27,780 nucleotides of DNA, taken from positions 1 through 27,780 of IMG/VR virus record IMGVR_UViG_3300044267_004781. The stretch is one strand, 5' to 3'. This DNA is from a virus (Duplodnaviria; Caudoviricetes). How positions within the stretch are numbered: the first letter of the stretch is position 1; every line of letters begins with the position of its first letter. The notes beneath the pieces were generated by a model. It made no database searches. It was given only the letters and a program-made list of their open reading frames with translations, and was not told the origin of the DNA. The position numbers were made by a program, and so were the translations under genes. Below are positions 25,483 to 27,780 of this stretch, piece by piece.

Positions 25483-25970
25483 AATCCGTCAAGTAATCTC
25501 TTGCAATTTTCTTTTAATAAATTAACTGTACTTTGTCCCATAACCATTATAGCATCAGCTATGAAACCAGTTGATTTTTTAGTACTCTTTCCTCCTCTAA
25601 CAGGGTGAGTATCATGAGCAAAATGAACATACCACCCATCGTTAGCTATTGTTTTTGAATTCTTTCCAAACCTAGCACCAACTAATACTCCTCCATATTG
25701 TTTCCATCGCGCTATAGATCTTTTCAAAGCACCAGGCTTATATCCCTTCCAGTGTATTTTATCACCTATATATCTAGGATCTGTATTCACAGGTGCTGTT
25801 TGTTTTATATACTGAGCCATTGGCTTAGCAGCGTCGAATGCTAAAGCTTGCATCTTCTTACTACTACCAAACACATCTCTAATTTTATCTAAAGATCTGA
25901 TGAGTTCGTCTCTATCTTTTTTAGATAGCTCTACTCTTACTGCTTCTCCGTATGATCCTGTTTGTTTCAT
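25476..25970 (-). CDS. HK97 gp10-like neck/tail component
   Basis: AAKPM....K..AP...PGALKRSI...DGWYVHF; gene position. Confidence 0.8.
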   Translation of the reverse strand: MKQTGSYGEAVRVELSKKDRDELIRSLDKIRDVFGSSKKMQALAFDAAKPMAQYIKQTAPVNTDPRYIGDKIHWKGYKPGALKRSIARWKQYGGVLVGARFGKNSKTIANDGWYVHFAHDTHPVRGGKSTKKSTGFIADAIMVMGQSTVNLLKENCKRLLDGLW

Positions 25971-26344
25971 TATCTAATATTATCGTTTCTATAACATCTT
26001 ATGATTACTCCTTTTCCTCTTCCTAAAGATTCCATACTACTTATATTCCAATATCTAGTCTCATAAAGAACACAGAACTTTTCTTCTGGTGATATAGAAG
26101 CATTATCCATTTTATACATAAAATCTGATCGCACTAAAAAATTAATTTTACTACGAGCAATTATAGTATCGTCCATAACTTTCTCAACACCTTTTGTTCC
26201 TGTTGTAATAAGTTTAGCCCAAACATATTTTATTAATGACTTAGTTTTAGTGATCTCACCATAGTCATTCTGAGTACTAGTATATTCGAATATACCAATA
26301 TACTCATCTAATTCTCCAGCTGATAATATTTCATTTTTAGCCAT
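25970..26344 (-). CDS. Head closure/head-tail adaptor (SPP1 gp16-like)
   Basis: AGELDEYI...QNDYGE...VWAK...FLVR...WNISS...GR. Confidence 0.85.
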   Translation of the reverse strand: MAKNEILSAGELDEYIGIFEYTSTQNDYGEITKTKSLIKYVWAKLITTGTKGVEKVMDDTIIARSKINFLVRSDFMYKMDNASISPEEKFCVLYETRYWNISSMESLGRGKGVIIRCYRNDNIR

Positions 26345-27024
26345 TAGTATAATTGTATTTTATATGGATCTAACATGTACTCAGATGCTTTAGGCAAACG
26401 AGAAACGCTATCCTCTCTTTTCTCATACAAATGTCCTACTATTAATAGTATAGCTTGCTTGATAGCTGATGGTACTTTACTAGCTCCAACCGCTCCTGTA
26501 CCATAACCAGAGTGATACCTTACTTCAACAGCGTCTGCTCTACTCGCTAGATCGGGTAAACCTTGTCCATCTACTATTTCCACAAATCCCTTTTGATTTG
26601 CAAATTTCATTACATTATAATTTGTGTCAGACCATGTTTGCTGTGTGTTTGAAGTATCATAGTATTTAATATGCTCAACTGAATACAGTGGTGCTCTAGT
26701 TAATAATAACTGGTATAATCCAGTCCATTTACTAAAATACCCTCCATACTTTAAATTCACAGGACTTTTTAAGGTATTAGTCCAAAAACCTTTTATCTCT
26801 TCTGCGTTGCTAACATAAGTATCATCCCAACTTTCTAAATATAAATTATAGGCATGATTAATGAAATGTCCGCCCACATAATTCTCTGCCATCTCTGTCG
26901 CCGCAGCAACTAAACTAGCGATATAAGTATCTTCACCAGTATGAGTTACTCTCAACTGTGACTTTGCTTCTGCTGTTGATACAACCGTTTGGGTTGGATT
27001 GTCATATAATTCTAATCGTGCCAT
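26344..27024 (-). CDS. Head-tail connector (HK97 gp6-like)
   Basis: VSTAEAKSQLRV...EDTYI..L..AA...AENY; VPSAIKQAILLIVGHLYEKRE...LDPYK. Confidence 0.9.
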   Translation of the reverse strand: MARLELYDNPTQTVVSTAEAKSQLRVTHTGEDTYIASLVAAATEMAENYVGGHFINHAYNLYLESWDDTYVSNAEEIKGFWTNTLKSPVNLKYGGYFSKWTGLYQLLLTRAPLYSVEHIKYYDTSNTQQTWSDTNYNVMKFANQKGFVEIVDGQGLPDLASRADAVEVRYHSGYGTGAVGASKVPSAIKQAILLIVGHLYEKREDSVSRLPKASEYMLDPYKIQLY

Positions 27025-27035
27025 AAGTTAAAGTT

Positions 27036-27069
27036 AAAAAAAAAGGAGAGGACTTGATCCTCCCCTTTT
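27036..27069 (-). terminator. Rho-independent terminator after the capsid gene
   Basis: GGGGAGGAT-CAA-GTCCTCTCC followed by T9. Confidence 0.85.
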
Positions 27070-27092
27070 CAAATTAATTACTATTCTAATTA

Positions 27093-27780
27093 TTAAAATG
27101 TAATTCCCTCTATTGTAGCGAATGAATCAGCTCTTCGGAATGCAGTATCCCAATAAGAGTTGATAACAATTCTAATAGCGCCAGAAGCAGCTTGTGTATA
27201 AGGATCAACTAATACATCTAGAGCAGTTCCGAATTGACCAATAACTAAATCATCCCATCTACCAAATACAACACCAGACTCAGTGTTAGTATTATAAGTA
27301 TCAGCGATATTATTAGTGCAATAAGCTGGATGACCGATAATTGTATTATCCATCTTCCACAGTGCACTAGCAGCGTAGTCAGTACCATCAACAACATCAC
27401 CGGCAATTTGCTTAAGTTTAGCTCTTCCTTTTGCAGAAGTGATAAACGCTAGTCGACCGAAATCAGCATTGTGCTCAGCAACCTCTCTTTCTAGCGTGAT
27501 CATCTTAGCTAATGTAGCCGCACCAGAAGCAGCAGTTCCTGTAGCAGCGTCAAATACACCTTGAGGAATTGCACCAGTACCATCAGCAGCGCCTAACGCA
27601 GCACCTTCAACTTGAGCAGCGATTGCTCGCATCATGTCATCACGTACAGCTCTTTCAACTGAATCATTAGTTTGAATTAATAACATTTTTGATAGATCCA
27701 TATAAGAAGCTAAACGCTCTGGAGATAACGAAGGACCACCAATAGCAGTACCCGCTTCAGCAGCGGCATCGTTTTCACCT
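27093..27780 (-). CDS. Major capsid protein, HK97 fold (5'-truncated by the window edge)
   Basis: Frame stays open upstream of 27701 (GENDAAAEAG...LSPERLASYMDLSK); FGRWDDLVIGQFG.LDVLVDPYT...D...RR..SF. Confidence 0.93.
   Translation of the reverse strand, partial: GENDAAAEAGTAIGGPSLSPERLASYMDLSKMLLIQTNDSVERAVRDDMMRAIAAQVEGAALGAADGTGAIPQGVFDAATGTAASGAATLAKMITLEREVAEHNADFGRLAFITSAKGRAKLKQIAGDVVDGTDYAASALWKMDNTIIGHPAYCTNNIADTYNTNTESGVVFGRWDDLVIGQFGTALDVLVDPYTQAASGAIRIVINSYWDTAFRRADSFATIEGITF

Noticed and set aside
1-27780. Stop-codon reassignment, CRISPR array, tRNA, diversity-generating retroelement, integrase
   Set aside because: Genes tile densely under the standard code using all three stops; I saw no repeat-spacer array, cloverleaf, reverse transcriptase or recombinase motifs.

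Overview
A very AT-rich segment of a tailed phage (siphovirus-like, HK97-type head) with essentially all real genes on the minus strand. Read right to left: major capsid protein (truncated by the window edge), head-tail joining genes, two enlarged tail-terminator-like paralogs, two tail tube paralogs, a tail assembly chaperone with a -1 frameshift signal, tape measure and tail-tip genes, a block of signal-peptide/envelope proteins, lysis genes (M15A endolysin, 3-TM holin), a metallophosphoesterase, early genes with a nucleotide-modification cluster, recombination/SSB/replication-initiator genes, two HNH genes and a probable cos region. TAnnTTTG promoter boxes, A-rich leaders lacking Shine-Dalgarno motifs, a DUF3127-like SSB and a T9SS-type C-terminal signal point to a Bacteroidota (probably Flavobacteriales) host. 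Top candidates for new biology: (1) a probable cytosine-hypermodification pathway (dCMP hydroxymethylase-like enzyme, fold-II PLP enzyme, SGNH/helical fusion, MazG-like and DUF6378-like proteins) in a small phage with no DNA polymerase in view, together with about 3-fold GATC enrichment; (2) a phage-encoded outer-membrane barrel, T9SS-sorted LDLa protein and periplasmic thioredoxin-fold protein next to the lysis genes. All family assignments come from motif recognition by eye; no searches were run.
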